NCBI GenBank assembly: GCA_963737155.1
Contig: CAVTRN010000002.1
Location: 1,760,001-1,824,000 of the forward strand
Direction of reading: 5' to 3'
Length of the DNA: 64,000 nt
From: Nitrospirota bacterium
GTDB lineage: Bacteria; Nitrospirota; UBA9217
Shown: positions 9,778 through 18,008 of the stretch, in pieces
How the letters are laid out: each line of letters starts with the position of its first letter
Position numbering within the stretch: the first letter of the stretch is position 1
Position numbers and translations under genes: made by a program
Notes under the pieces: model-generated
Told to the model about the DNA's origin: nothing
The model's database searches: none
Seen by the model: the letters and a program-made list of their open reading frames with translations, nothing else

Positions 9778-10506
9778 GACTGCTCCTCCTCTTTAAGATT
9801 GTGTCGTTCTGCCCCATCGAAGAAGAATTGCAACCTGGCTTATAACTTTACTAATTCTCCACAAGATATTGATTTAGAAAAGGAAAAGGTTGTCGATGCG
9901 ATATACTAAAAGTGAATGCTTTAGATAAGTATGATGAGAGATTGCACAATTGTCAAGTGGACAACGGTGCGACGACATATACCGATAGTTTTAGTTGCGG
10001 ATACAATTTTAAAGTGAATTATGCATTATGGACTTAGATACGACTGATACAGAGTTCAGCTTGTATCCGATGATTGTTTCCATTTTTTGAAATAAAAGGA
10101 TTGATGTGAATTTTGATCATAGAGCGGGTTAAGATGTCCTCAACTGTCAATGTTGGGATATTTCATCTATAACAAAGGTGTACTGAAACTGATAAAGTTC
10201 GGAGTTTTCTCGAGCTTATTCATTGTACTCCACGGTGGAGTATTTTAGGCCGTATAACATAGCAAAAAGAAAAGCAAATCCAAATTACCATGCAAATCGT
10301 AATCAGCCGATCTGAGGCTAAACTTCTCTAGTAAGCTATATTTTTTCTGATAGTTGCAAACATTTCCGAGAATTTACTTTATACAAAACTTAACACCAAC
10401 CATGTACCTGTAAAACCTCTTTATGCGGTCATCAGTTGGCTAGTAAGTTCTTGAAGAACATGGCTCTTTTGCTTCGCTGCATTTAACATCATTGGTTGAA
10501 AATTTG

Positions 10507-10515
10507 TGGTATACT
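10507..10515 (+). promoter_or_regulatory. Extended -10 promoter (TG-G-TATACT); predicted start about 10521-10522
   Basis: TGGTATACT lies 5-6 nt before the 5' arm of the structured RNA. Confidence 0.6.
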
Positions 10516-10520
10516 TATAT

Positions 10521-10815
10521 CGGCGTTGCGAAACTGACGAAGCATTAACCGTATTTTTAACATTAGTTGAGGGTCTGAGGTATCAATCCGGCGTGATCCG
10601 AAATCGACAAACAGCAGTACATGCTCGCTGTGAACTGTCGGTTATCAGGTCAACGAGGTATGGATATCGGAAATCCCCTGAGGCCGAAGGAGAATTTGGC
10701 GAAGGAAACGAACCGCTTCAGCAGTAGCGAGAGCGAATCACGGAAGCGATCGTGGATCTTGCTAAATATCCCGAGGTTCAACGGAATGATTAAGATACGG
10801 GTCAGAGCAACGCCG
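10521..10815 (+). ncRNA. Candidate large structured non-coding RNA (about 295 nt), family not recognised
   Basis: Ends pair perfectly (CGGCGTTGC/GCAACGCCG); five further nested basal helices, multiple internal hairpins with G-U pairs, an AGUA/GAA loop-E motif capped by a GAGA tetraloop; flanked by promoter and terminator; no credible ORF. Confidence 0.75.
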
Positions 10816-10840
10816 TAATATTATATTGTTAAAAACAAAT

Positions 10841-10873
10841 GCCGGCAGGGTTGTTCTCCCTGCTGGTTTTTTT
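10841..10873 (+). terminator. Intrinsic terminator
   Basis: GCCGGCAGGG-loop-CCCTGCTGGT followed by a T run. Confidence 0.85.
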
Positions 10874-11330
10874 CGTACTCTTGTCAGAGAGAACCTTTCT
10901 TGGCCGAAATGAAAGATTCTCTGTCATACTTTGAAGCTATGCCACAGGTACCGCAGATAATATTTCTCCCGCCTTACGAGTATGATAACTCTTGAGCGGG
11001 AATCACCAAAGATACCATATGCAGTCTTCTTTAATCTAAATTTGGGAAGTGATATAAAACTGATAGAATTTGTCTTTTTCGCATGACCGACTTATACTCC
11101 TTTTTAACACGTTTTATGTCTCGATCACCGGGCAGCAACTATGATCAATCGGTCAGATAATATTTGTATTTTGTTACTGTTCACCCCAATATGTTTGACC
11201 TTCTTGTTCAAGAACTTAAAGGTCCGCCGCGTCGAATAATTGACGTTGGAACTTCCTAGCATCAAATGCATTTCTAGTGGTTCTATGTGGTGGATTTTAG
11301 GAATACTGATCAGAAATATGGGAGGCTGCC

Positions 11331-11696
11331 ATGAGACAAAAAAGCGCACTTGCAGTTATTACGACAACAGTTCTGCTGGCAGTTTCGCTATTCACATATT
11401 TGACGGGATGTGGGAGGGGTGGTGGCGATGACTCCGGTTTAAAAGCAACCCCCACGTATGCCGTTATTTATGATGGTAATGGCAATACCGGCGGCAGCGT
11501 TCCAATTGACTCAAACATTTACAACCAGGGGCAGACTGTCACGGTGTTAGGGAATACAGGCAACCTTGTAAATACCGGCTATTCCTTCGTGGGCTGGAAC
11601 ACGCAAGCTAACGGATTAGGAACGACTTATACGCAGGGTCAAACCTTAACGATATATACCACAAATATCACCCTGTATGCTATGTGGACCATATAA
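11331..11696 (+). CDS. Lipoprotein with one InlB B-repeat (Listeria-Bacteroides repeat); truncated multi-repeat gene
   Basis: GGAGG SD, signal peptide with LTGC lipobox, YDGNG..GYSFVGWNTQANG.GT.Y..TLYAMW repeat consensus. Confidence 0.8.
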   Translation: MRQKSALAVITTTVLLAVSLFTYLTGCGRGGGDDSGLKATPTYAVIYDGNGNTGGSVPIDSNIYNQGQTVTVLGNTGNLVNTGYSFVGWNTQANGLGTTYTQGQTLTIYTTNITLYAMWTI

Positions 11697-11702
11697 TACC
11701 AC

Positions 11703-11814
11703 TATGCTGTAACCTAATACCAGCAACAGCAGTACCAGCGTCAGCATCCCGCTTGACTTAACCAACGATGAAGAGGGGCAGATCGACACCGTGCAAGGCA
11801 ACACAGACGACCTC
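11703..11814 (+). pseudogene. Decayed second B-repeat of the upstream lipoprotein
   Basis: YAVT then, after a +1 shift, NTSNSSTSVSIPLDLTNDEEGQIDTVQGNTDDL aligns without gaps to YDGNGNTGGSVPIDSNIYNQGQTVTVLGNTGNL. Confidence 0.75.
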
Positions 11815-12266
11815 TGTGCTGCTCGTTAAAGCTTCCTCGAAATGCAGGCTAACCAGGCAGAACGAGGGCTTCGAAAAGCTTTACGAATAATACTATGAGC
11901 AAGGATAGGTGTTCGCTATCTTCCTCACTGACGATTTTACTGGTCAGGAGCCAGGTGCGATTCTCCGCATATGGAAAAATACACAGAGCTAGATTAATAT
12001 CTTCGCCTATGTACTCGTTGTCATTGTAAGAAAACGGTTTAAGGTCAATCGCAGTCTCCATGCAATTTTACAAATTCTCAGCGTAAAATAATTTTGAGAA
12101 AACAGAGATTTAAAGACGAGGGACAATCCATTAACTATCCGTAGTATTTTTGTCTTGACAAAGAGGAGCATCTTACGGCTTAATAATCTCAAGCATTTTT
12201 CTCTATGTGTTTATAAAACAGAGCCATCTGACAGGACAGAAACTTTTAATTTCGAGGGGAAACGCC

Positions 12267-13295
12267 ATGAAGCTCAAAGATCTTGCCGGCAAACTCAATG
12301 CCGAGTTGGAGGGTCCGGGAGAAATCGAGATAATCGGTGTGGCCGGCATAAACGACGCGTGTGTAGGGCTTATCACTTTCATTGACGGGGAAAATAATAT
12401 CAAGCAACTGGAACAGTCGGGTGCATCGGCTGCATTCGCGCCTCCAGATATTCCGAAACTGCGGCTGCCGCTGCTTCGAGTGAAAAATCCGCGGCTTGCT
12501 TTTGCGCAGGCAATCGAATTGTTTCATGTAAAGCCCTCCCAACCGATCGGCATAAGCGACAAGGCAATCATTGGGCAGAACTCGGTTATCGGTGTCGAAC
12601 CTTCTATTCATCCTTTTGCCGTTATTGGTGATAATGTAACGATTGGAGATAGGGTGACCCTCTATCCCGGCGTGTACATTGGCAAAGGATCGGTCGTCGA
12701 TAATGACTGCGTTGTCTACCCCAATGTGTACATCGGGCACGATGTACAGGTAGGCAAACGCGTAACCATCCACGCAGGAGCGGCAATCGGCAGCGACGGG
12801 TTCGGGTACGCGACGGAAGGCGGAATACATCACAAGATTCCGCAGGTGGGCAGAGTAATCATCGGTGACGATGTGGAGATTGGCGCCAACACTGCCATCG
12901 ATCGCGCAACCCTTGGCACGACTGTTATTAAACAAGGAACGAAAATCGACAACCTCGTTCAAATCGCACATAATGTGACCATCGGAGAGCACTGCCTTCT
13001 GATCGCTCAAGTGGGAATTTCCGGGAGCTGCACGCTTGGTGATTTTGTCGTTCTGGCAGGTCAGGTCGGCCTTGCAGACCATGTCAGTATAGGTGACCGC
13101 ACGATGGTATCAGCCCAGAGCGGCATCGTGAAAGACATCGAGCCAGGACAGATGATCGGCGGGTATTACTCCATGCCGCAAAAAGATTGGCTCAAGGTTC
13201 AGGCAATTCTTCCGAAATTGCCTGAACTTAGAAAGCATATCGCACATCTTGAAAAACAGGTACAGGAATTGAAGCAAAAAATATCGGGCGGGTAA
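12267..13295 (+). CDS. lpxD: UDP-3-O-(3-hydroxyacyl)glucosamine N-acyltransferase
   Basis: Hexapeptide repeats, [33 protein letters not shown]; GAGGGG SD before MKLKDL. Confidence 0.95.
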   Translation: MKLKDLAGKLNAELEGPGEIEIIGVAGINDACVGLITFIDGENNIKQLEQSGASAAFAPPDIPKLRLPLLRVKNPRLAFAQAIELFHVKPSQPIGISDKAIIGQNSVIGVEPSIHPFAVIGDNVTIGDRVTLYPGVYIGKGSVVDNDCVVYPNVYIGHDVQVGKRVTIHAGAAIGSDGFGYATEGGIHHKIPQVGRVIIGDDVEIGANTAIDRATLGTTVIKQGTKIDNLVQIAHNVTIGEHCLLIAQVGISGSCTLGDFVVLAGQVGLADHVSIGDRTMVSAQSGIVKDIEPGQMIGGYYSMPQKDWLKVQAILPKLPELRKHIAHLEKQVQELKQKISGG

Positions 13296-13441
13296 CAAAA
13301 TTATTTAGAAAATCCCACCGAGACAAGCAGGAAACGGGGAAGTTGCACGTAAAGTTAAAGTGAAAATGAGGTTTAACAAGTCAAATAGAGATGGCGATGC
13401 CGTACAAAAATATATTTAGACTTATCAACATTTATAAAACA

Positions 13442-13580
13442 GTCCTGAAATACCCAGCAGCTTGCTGCTGGGATGAAAAGGACATCCTGGCGAAGCCAGG
13501 ATAAGTCTTCAGCTTCTTTGTTGTGCTTTTTTAAGGTTTCAAGTTCCGATGCCCCGCAGCTTGCTGCGGGGTAATTCACT
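13442..13580 (-). mobile_element. Non-autonomous IS200/IS605-type palindromic element (PATE/REP-like), about 140 bp
   Basis: Two related hairpins CCCAGCAGC-TT-GCTGCTGGG (13453-13472) and CCCCGCAGC-TT-GCTGCGGGG (13552-13571) plus an internal ATCCTGGC-GAA-GCCAGGAT hairpin; minus strand begins GTGAATTACCCCGCAGCAAGCTGCGGGG. Confidence 0.7.
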
Positions 13581-14457
13581 GTGCCAAGTCAGCGAGCTAG
13601 ATTATTTAGGCGTGCAGATCAGTTCGCCGTATTTGTTGACGGACGCCTGATAGATAAACTTCTCGTTCTTGTAGCACATACCCCTCGTGAAGCGGCTATA
13701 TTGTCACCGATATGGTACACAATAAATCTGGGTAAAAAAACTGCGTGGACAGAAAACGCCTGTTTGCCTATACATCAGGATTACTTGGCCAAGTGCTGCT
13801 TTTTCGTCATGGATACCTGGTGAAAGAAAACCGAGTATTACTAAATCAACTAAGAGACCGCTTCTGGTTTACCATTGGGGAGCGAAAGATCATCTAGAGA
13901 TTGGAAAAGCTTGACGAAAAAGACATAAGATAGGATCGCCAACATCATCCAGACCGATGATTTTTTAAGCGTGGCACCACAGGTCGATTACCCGCAAGTC
14001 TGTCGGTTCCAAAGAGTCTGCGATCTTTGCAGACTGTCAATATGTCCGAGGCTAAAAGGGTCACCAATGCTAAGGTGAAATTCAGCATCGCCGTTTTGCA
14101 TCCCATTTTCATACTGATACACCCGGGGAAGGTACGGGGGTTCCACGTTCCGCGTATATGATCCTCAAATGACGTGGGTGTGACAAGCCCTTAACCGGAG
14201 AGGAATTCAAGAAAGGTCGGCCTGTCACCATTTCTACCTAATTAATTTGGAATTACAGTCCGGGACTGTCCAGAAATGGTGCCCGAATTAAAATGTAATC
14301 GCTGTCCGCCGATCAGAATTTGCAAAGTTACTGTTGCATAATCTACAGTTTGTCAGTTCAAATCTGACTATTGGCACCGCTCAAATTCTGGCAATCTGCT
14401 GTTTACCGCTTTGGGAATTCTGCGAACAAAAACAAATGGTAACAAAAAAAATATAGG

Positions 14458-14486
14458 TTGACAGTACCAATAATTCTATTTAATAT
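14458..14486 (+). promoter_or_regulatory. Sigma70-type promoter for the pgsA-like gene
   Basis: TTGACA-N17-TAATAT. Confidence 0.6.
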
Positions 14487-14520
14487 GGCAGTTATATGAC
14501 ATTTTGAGCAAGAGGCACTG

Positions 14521-15057
14521 ATGAATCTTCCCAACTATATTACGTTACTCAGGATCGTACTCATTCCATTCTTTATCAACTTAATGATTTATGGATATGA
14601 CCGGGAAGCTCTCATAGTTTTTGTTGCAGCGTGCATCACCGATGCGCTTGATGGTCTTATTGCTCGCTTGACCAACACGCAGACAAAACTAGGAGCATTC
14701 CTTGATCCCATGGCGGACAAACTGCTTATTATCTCGGCATTCGTTACTCTCGTTCTCTTGGAAATGCTCCCTGTCTGGCTGGTAATAATCGTCGTGAGCA
14801 GAGACGTTATCCTGGTACTCGGCAGCATCGCCCTCTATTTCACAGGGCATGATTTTGTCGCGAAGCCTACTCTTATCGGGAAGACGACGACTCTGCTGCA
14901 ACTCGTAACGGTGACGCTTTCCCTGGTATTGAGAAATTACGGCACCGAGATGAGGTTGATGACCATTTTGCAATGGGGGACGGCAGGTTTTACGCTGGCA
15001 TCCGGCGTCCAGTATGTTGTTCGGGGCACAACGATTGCAGGACAGAATATTGAATGA
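14521..15057 (+). CDS. pgsA: CDP-alcohol phosphatidyltransferase (PgsA-like)
   Basis: MNLPNYITLLR start and DALDGLIAR...GAFLDPMADK signature; hydrophobic. Confidence 0.85.
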   Translation: MNLPNYITLLRIVLIPFFINLMIYGYDREALIVFVAACITDALDGLIARLTNTQTKLGAFLDPMADKLLIISAFVTLVLLEMLPVWLVIIVVSRDVILVLGSIALYFTGHDFVAKPTLIGKTTTLLQLVTVTLSLVLRNYGTEMRLMTILQWGTAGFTLASGVQYVVRGTTIAGQNIE

Positions 15058-15335
15058 AATAAGGTGCTGTCAAATATTTTCATGAAAGCCAGAAAGGAAG
15101 GTATGAAATCACGCTCGGCGCAGAAGAATGCCGGTATATGCAATGCCTGATTTTTCAATATGATGCTCTGTGCTCCCGAAGTTGACCCATCATGAGAAGG
15201 ATTATAAACGTTGGTAATAAGGGAAGCATAGTGGGGAGAAATGCCAGTGACTGATTCGCCCACTGAATTCAGGATGTTTTCTGTTTTATATGCTTAACAG
15301 TCTGACGATACGTGACATATTAGAAGGAGAAGTGC

Positions 15336-15770
15336 ATGAAAATATCAGAGATGATCAGGCAGGCGCTGGAAAAGAAGGGATTTAGAAACCTAAAAGATGC
15401 CTCGAAAGTTCTTGGGATCAGCCCCGAACTCTTGCGGGTCACGATCAATAAAGGGCATATTCCAAAAGATAAGACGCTTATGATGATTGCGCAGAAGCTG
15501 AACCTTGATAAATCCGTCGTAATACTGTCCGCACACCAAGAAAAAGTGCCGGCTGAAGTCAAAGGTTATTTTCTTTCCCCGTCCCAGGCCAGGTTCAGGC
15601 GCGGTAAACGCAAATACCCGCTATCGGAAGAGCAGATCAATTATCTGGAAAAAATACTGAGTGTTGATGAGATCATGATGGTGAGAAAATTACGGCAGGT
15701 CTCCGATGACGGGAGAACACAGATAGAAGGATATGTTGACTTCATGTTCGCGTCCAAGAGGAGCGCCTGA
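15336..15770 (+). CDS. Hypothetical protein with probable XRE-like helix-turn-helix
   Basis: AAGGAG SD; LKDASKVLGISPELLR...GHIP pattern; abuts the next gene. Confidence 0.7.
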   Translation: MKISEMIRQALEKKGFRNLKDASKVLGISPELLRVTINKGHIPKDKTLMMIAQKLNLDKSVVILSAHQEKVPAEVKGYFLSPSQARFRRGKRKYPLSEEQINYLEKILSVDEIMMVRKLRQVSDDGRTQIEGYVDFMFASKRSA

Positions 15771-17069
15771 GTGCTCAAAATAGCAGCCGCCGCGCCGGGA
15801 GGTACCGCAGCCGCGCTGGGCCTCAGAAGTGGAGATCGCATCCTGACAGTGAACGGGAAAGATGTTCACGATGTCATTGACTACCAATTCCTGATAGCTG
15901 ATCCCGATGTTATTATCACGGTGCGCACCCGCGAGGGGAAAAAGCGGACCCTTTCGTTTGCGAAAGAGCCAGATGATACGCTCGGTATTGAATTCGCCCC
16001 GCTGCAGATCAGGAAATGCGGGAACAAGTGCATTTTCTGCTTTGTTGATCAGATGCCGACGGGCTGCCGAAAAAGCCTATATGTGAAGGATGACGATTTC
16101 CGGGCATCCTTTCTCTATGGAAATTATATAACGCTCGGATCTCTTACCGAGTCGGACTGGCAGCGCATTTTCACCGAGCGGCTTTCCCCACTCTATATTT
16201 CGGTCCACGCGACCGAACCCTCTCTGCGCGCTTTTATTCTGGGCAATAACAAAGCTCCTGATCTGATGGCCAACCTGAAGCGGCTGGCGGCTGGCGGTAT
16301 CAGAATGCATGCTCAAATCGTATTATGTCCGGAAATCAACGACGGTATTCATCTGCAGAAAACATTGATGGATTTGTCCGGCCTTTTTCCTGCTGTCATA
16401 TCTGTTGCAGTCGTCCCGGTCGGTCTCACCGAGTACCGTAAAGGCCGGTTTCCTTTGCGGGTATTTACGCGACGAGAAGCACGGGCCTTAATAGCGGAAG
16501 TAACCCGCTTTGGTGTCCGATTCAGAAAAGAGAAAGGGACGCGTTTTGTTTTTGCTTCCGATGAATTCTATATTAAATCGGGATTGCCTATTCCGCCGCC
16601 TTCTTTCTATGAGGATTTTCCCCAAATAGAAAACGGAGTTGGAATGGTTTCTGAATTTCTGCACGGCGTGGCCCGTGCCCGACTGCCTAAGAAGATAGCG
16701 CGACTCCGCATCACTATCGTTACCGGCGTTTCGTTCAGTAAGTTGCTGCAACGCGCGTTGTCCCGCCTGATGAACATAGAGGGGCTGACATTCAGACAGA
16801 TCATCGCTCGGAATCATTTTTTCGGACCTTCGGTTACCGTTGCGGGCCTCTTGACGGGAAGCGACATCGCGAAAGCGCTTGCCGGGAAACATTTGGGGGA
16901 TATGGTTATCATTCCAGCTGAAGCGCTCAAAGCAGAAGAGCAAATTTTTCTCGACGGGATGAGCCTTGCCCGACTCGCCAATGTTCTCGGCGTCAAAATA
17001 TATCCCGCCGCCGGTTTCAGGGATATTGTGGCGCTGCTGAAAAAGGAAGGGAGGTCGACACAACGATGA
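15771..17069 (+). CDS. PDZ-domain / radical-SAM-like protein with DUF512
   Basis: N-terminal PDZ-like GDRILTVNG, CGNKCIFC cluster motif, KDDDFRASFLYGNYITL, QIENGVG, VTVAGLLTG. Confidence 0.9.
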   Translation: MLKIAAAAPGGTAAALGLRSGDRILTVNGKDVHDVIDYQFLIADPDVIITVRTREGKKRTLSFAKEPDDTLGIEFAPLQIRKCGNKCIFCFVDQMPTGCRKSLYVKDDDFRASFLYGNYITLGSLTESDWQRIFTERLSPLYISVHATEPSLRAFILGNNKAPDLMANLKRLAAGGIRMHAQIVLCPEINDGIHLQKTLMDLSGLFPAVISVAVVPVGLTEYRKGRFPLRVFTRREARALIAEVTRFGVRFRKEKGTRFVFASDEFYIKSGLPIPPPSFYEDFPQIENGVGMVSEFLHGVARARLPKKIARLRITIVTGVSFSKLLQRALSRLMNIEGLTFRQIIARNHFFGPSVTVAGLLTGSDIAKALAGKHLGDMVIIPAEALKAEEQIFLDGMSLARLANVLGVKIYPAAGFRDIVALLKKEGRSTQR

Positions 17070-17920
17070 TTTCCGGTAAGACTAGACTCTATGGAATTTT
17101 CGGTTATCCGGTGGAGCATACGTTCTCACCTGCCATGCACAATGCAGCATTTAGGAAGCTGGACATGAATGCATGCTATGTCCCCTTTGCCGTCAAACCG
17201 GAGCAACTCGCTGAGGCCGTACGCGCGATCATCCCCTTGGGGATTTGCGGATTAAACGTTACAGTGCCGCACAAAGAAAAGGTCATTGATCACCTGAATG
17301 AACTTTCGCAGGAAGCGCAATTGATCGGCGCGGTCAATACGATAGAGGTTACGAAGGGGAAGCTTGTCGGTCACAATACTGATGGGAGAGGATTTATCCG
17401 GTCGCTCCGGGAGCATGCCCGGTTTGATCCGAAGGGAAAAACCGTTTTCCTGGCAGGTTCGGGAGGAGCAGCCAGAGCGATAAGTTTCAGTCTCGCTCTG
17501 GCCGGCGTGCGGCGGATCGCATTCTTCGACGTCGACGGGCATAAGGCGGAAGCGCTTGCGCGTGACTTGAGGGATAAAACAGGTGTGGAAGCAGAGGCGT
17601 TGACGGCGGGCGCGCTCGCTCGAGTCGCGGAGACATCGGAATGTCTCATTAACGCAACGCCGCTGGGACTAAAGAAAATGGATCCTTTGCCGATAAGACA
17701 GGAGTACATCCGTAAGGACCATCTCGTGTGTGATCTTGTCTACAATCCTGCGGATACTCCGCTGCTGATCGCGGCGAAAAAAAAAGGAGCAAAAAGACTA
17801 CCCGGCATCGGCATGCTGCTTTACCAAGGAGTCATTGCCTTTGAAATCTGGACAGGTGTAAAAGCGCCCGTCCTGGTCATGAAGAATGCGCTTTCACGGC
17901 AGATCACCGAGCGCCGCTGA
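17066..17920 (+). CDS. aroE: Shikimate dehydrogenase
   Basis: HTFSPAMHN, NVTVPHK, GAVNT, NTDG, GSGGAARA, DLVYNP, MLLYQG. Confidence 0.95.
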   Translation: MISGKTRLYGIFGYPVEHTFSPAMHNAAFRKLDMNACYVPFAVKPEQLAEAVRAIIPLGICGLNVTVPHKEKVIDHLNELSQEAQLIGAVNTIEVTKGKLVGHNTDGRGFIRSLREHARFDPKGKTVFLAGSGGAARAISFSLALAGVRRIAFFDVDGHKAEALARDLRDKTGVEAEALTAGALARVAETSECLINATPLGLKKMDPLPIRQEYIRKDHLVCDLVYNPADTPLLIAAKKKGAKRLPGIGMLLYQGVIAFEIWTGVKAPVLVMKNALSRQITERR

Positions 17921-17944
17921 TATCTGACAAGGCGCAGTCACGTC

Positions 17945-17973
17945 TTGACATGATGGACGTATTCCAGTAATAT
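17945..17973 (+). promoter_or_regulatory. Sigma70-type promoter for the pil operon
   Basis: TTGACA-N17-TAATAT. Confidence 0.6.
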
Positions 17974-18008
17974 TATAGGTGATTTCTTTTTATATTTAAG
18001 GAGTTCAT

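Noticed and set aside
10529-10545. CTGACGA and GAAA as a hammerhead ribozyme core
   Set aside because: CTGAC is paired with GTCAG at the 3' end and the three-stem hammerhead geometry cannot be built
10506-10818. Short ORFs of 73 and 65 aa over the candidate RNA
   Set aside because: No SD or protein-like features; extensive pairing explains the region better
13373-13579. ORF MNYPAASCGA...
   Set aside because: Translation of the palindromic element, not a gene
13600-14112. Possible decayed exported-protein gene on the minus strand
   Set aside because: Protein-like fragments with many stops but no recognisable family
14372-14390. TGGCAC as a sigma54 -24 box
   Set aside because: No TTGC at the -12 position
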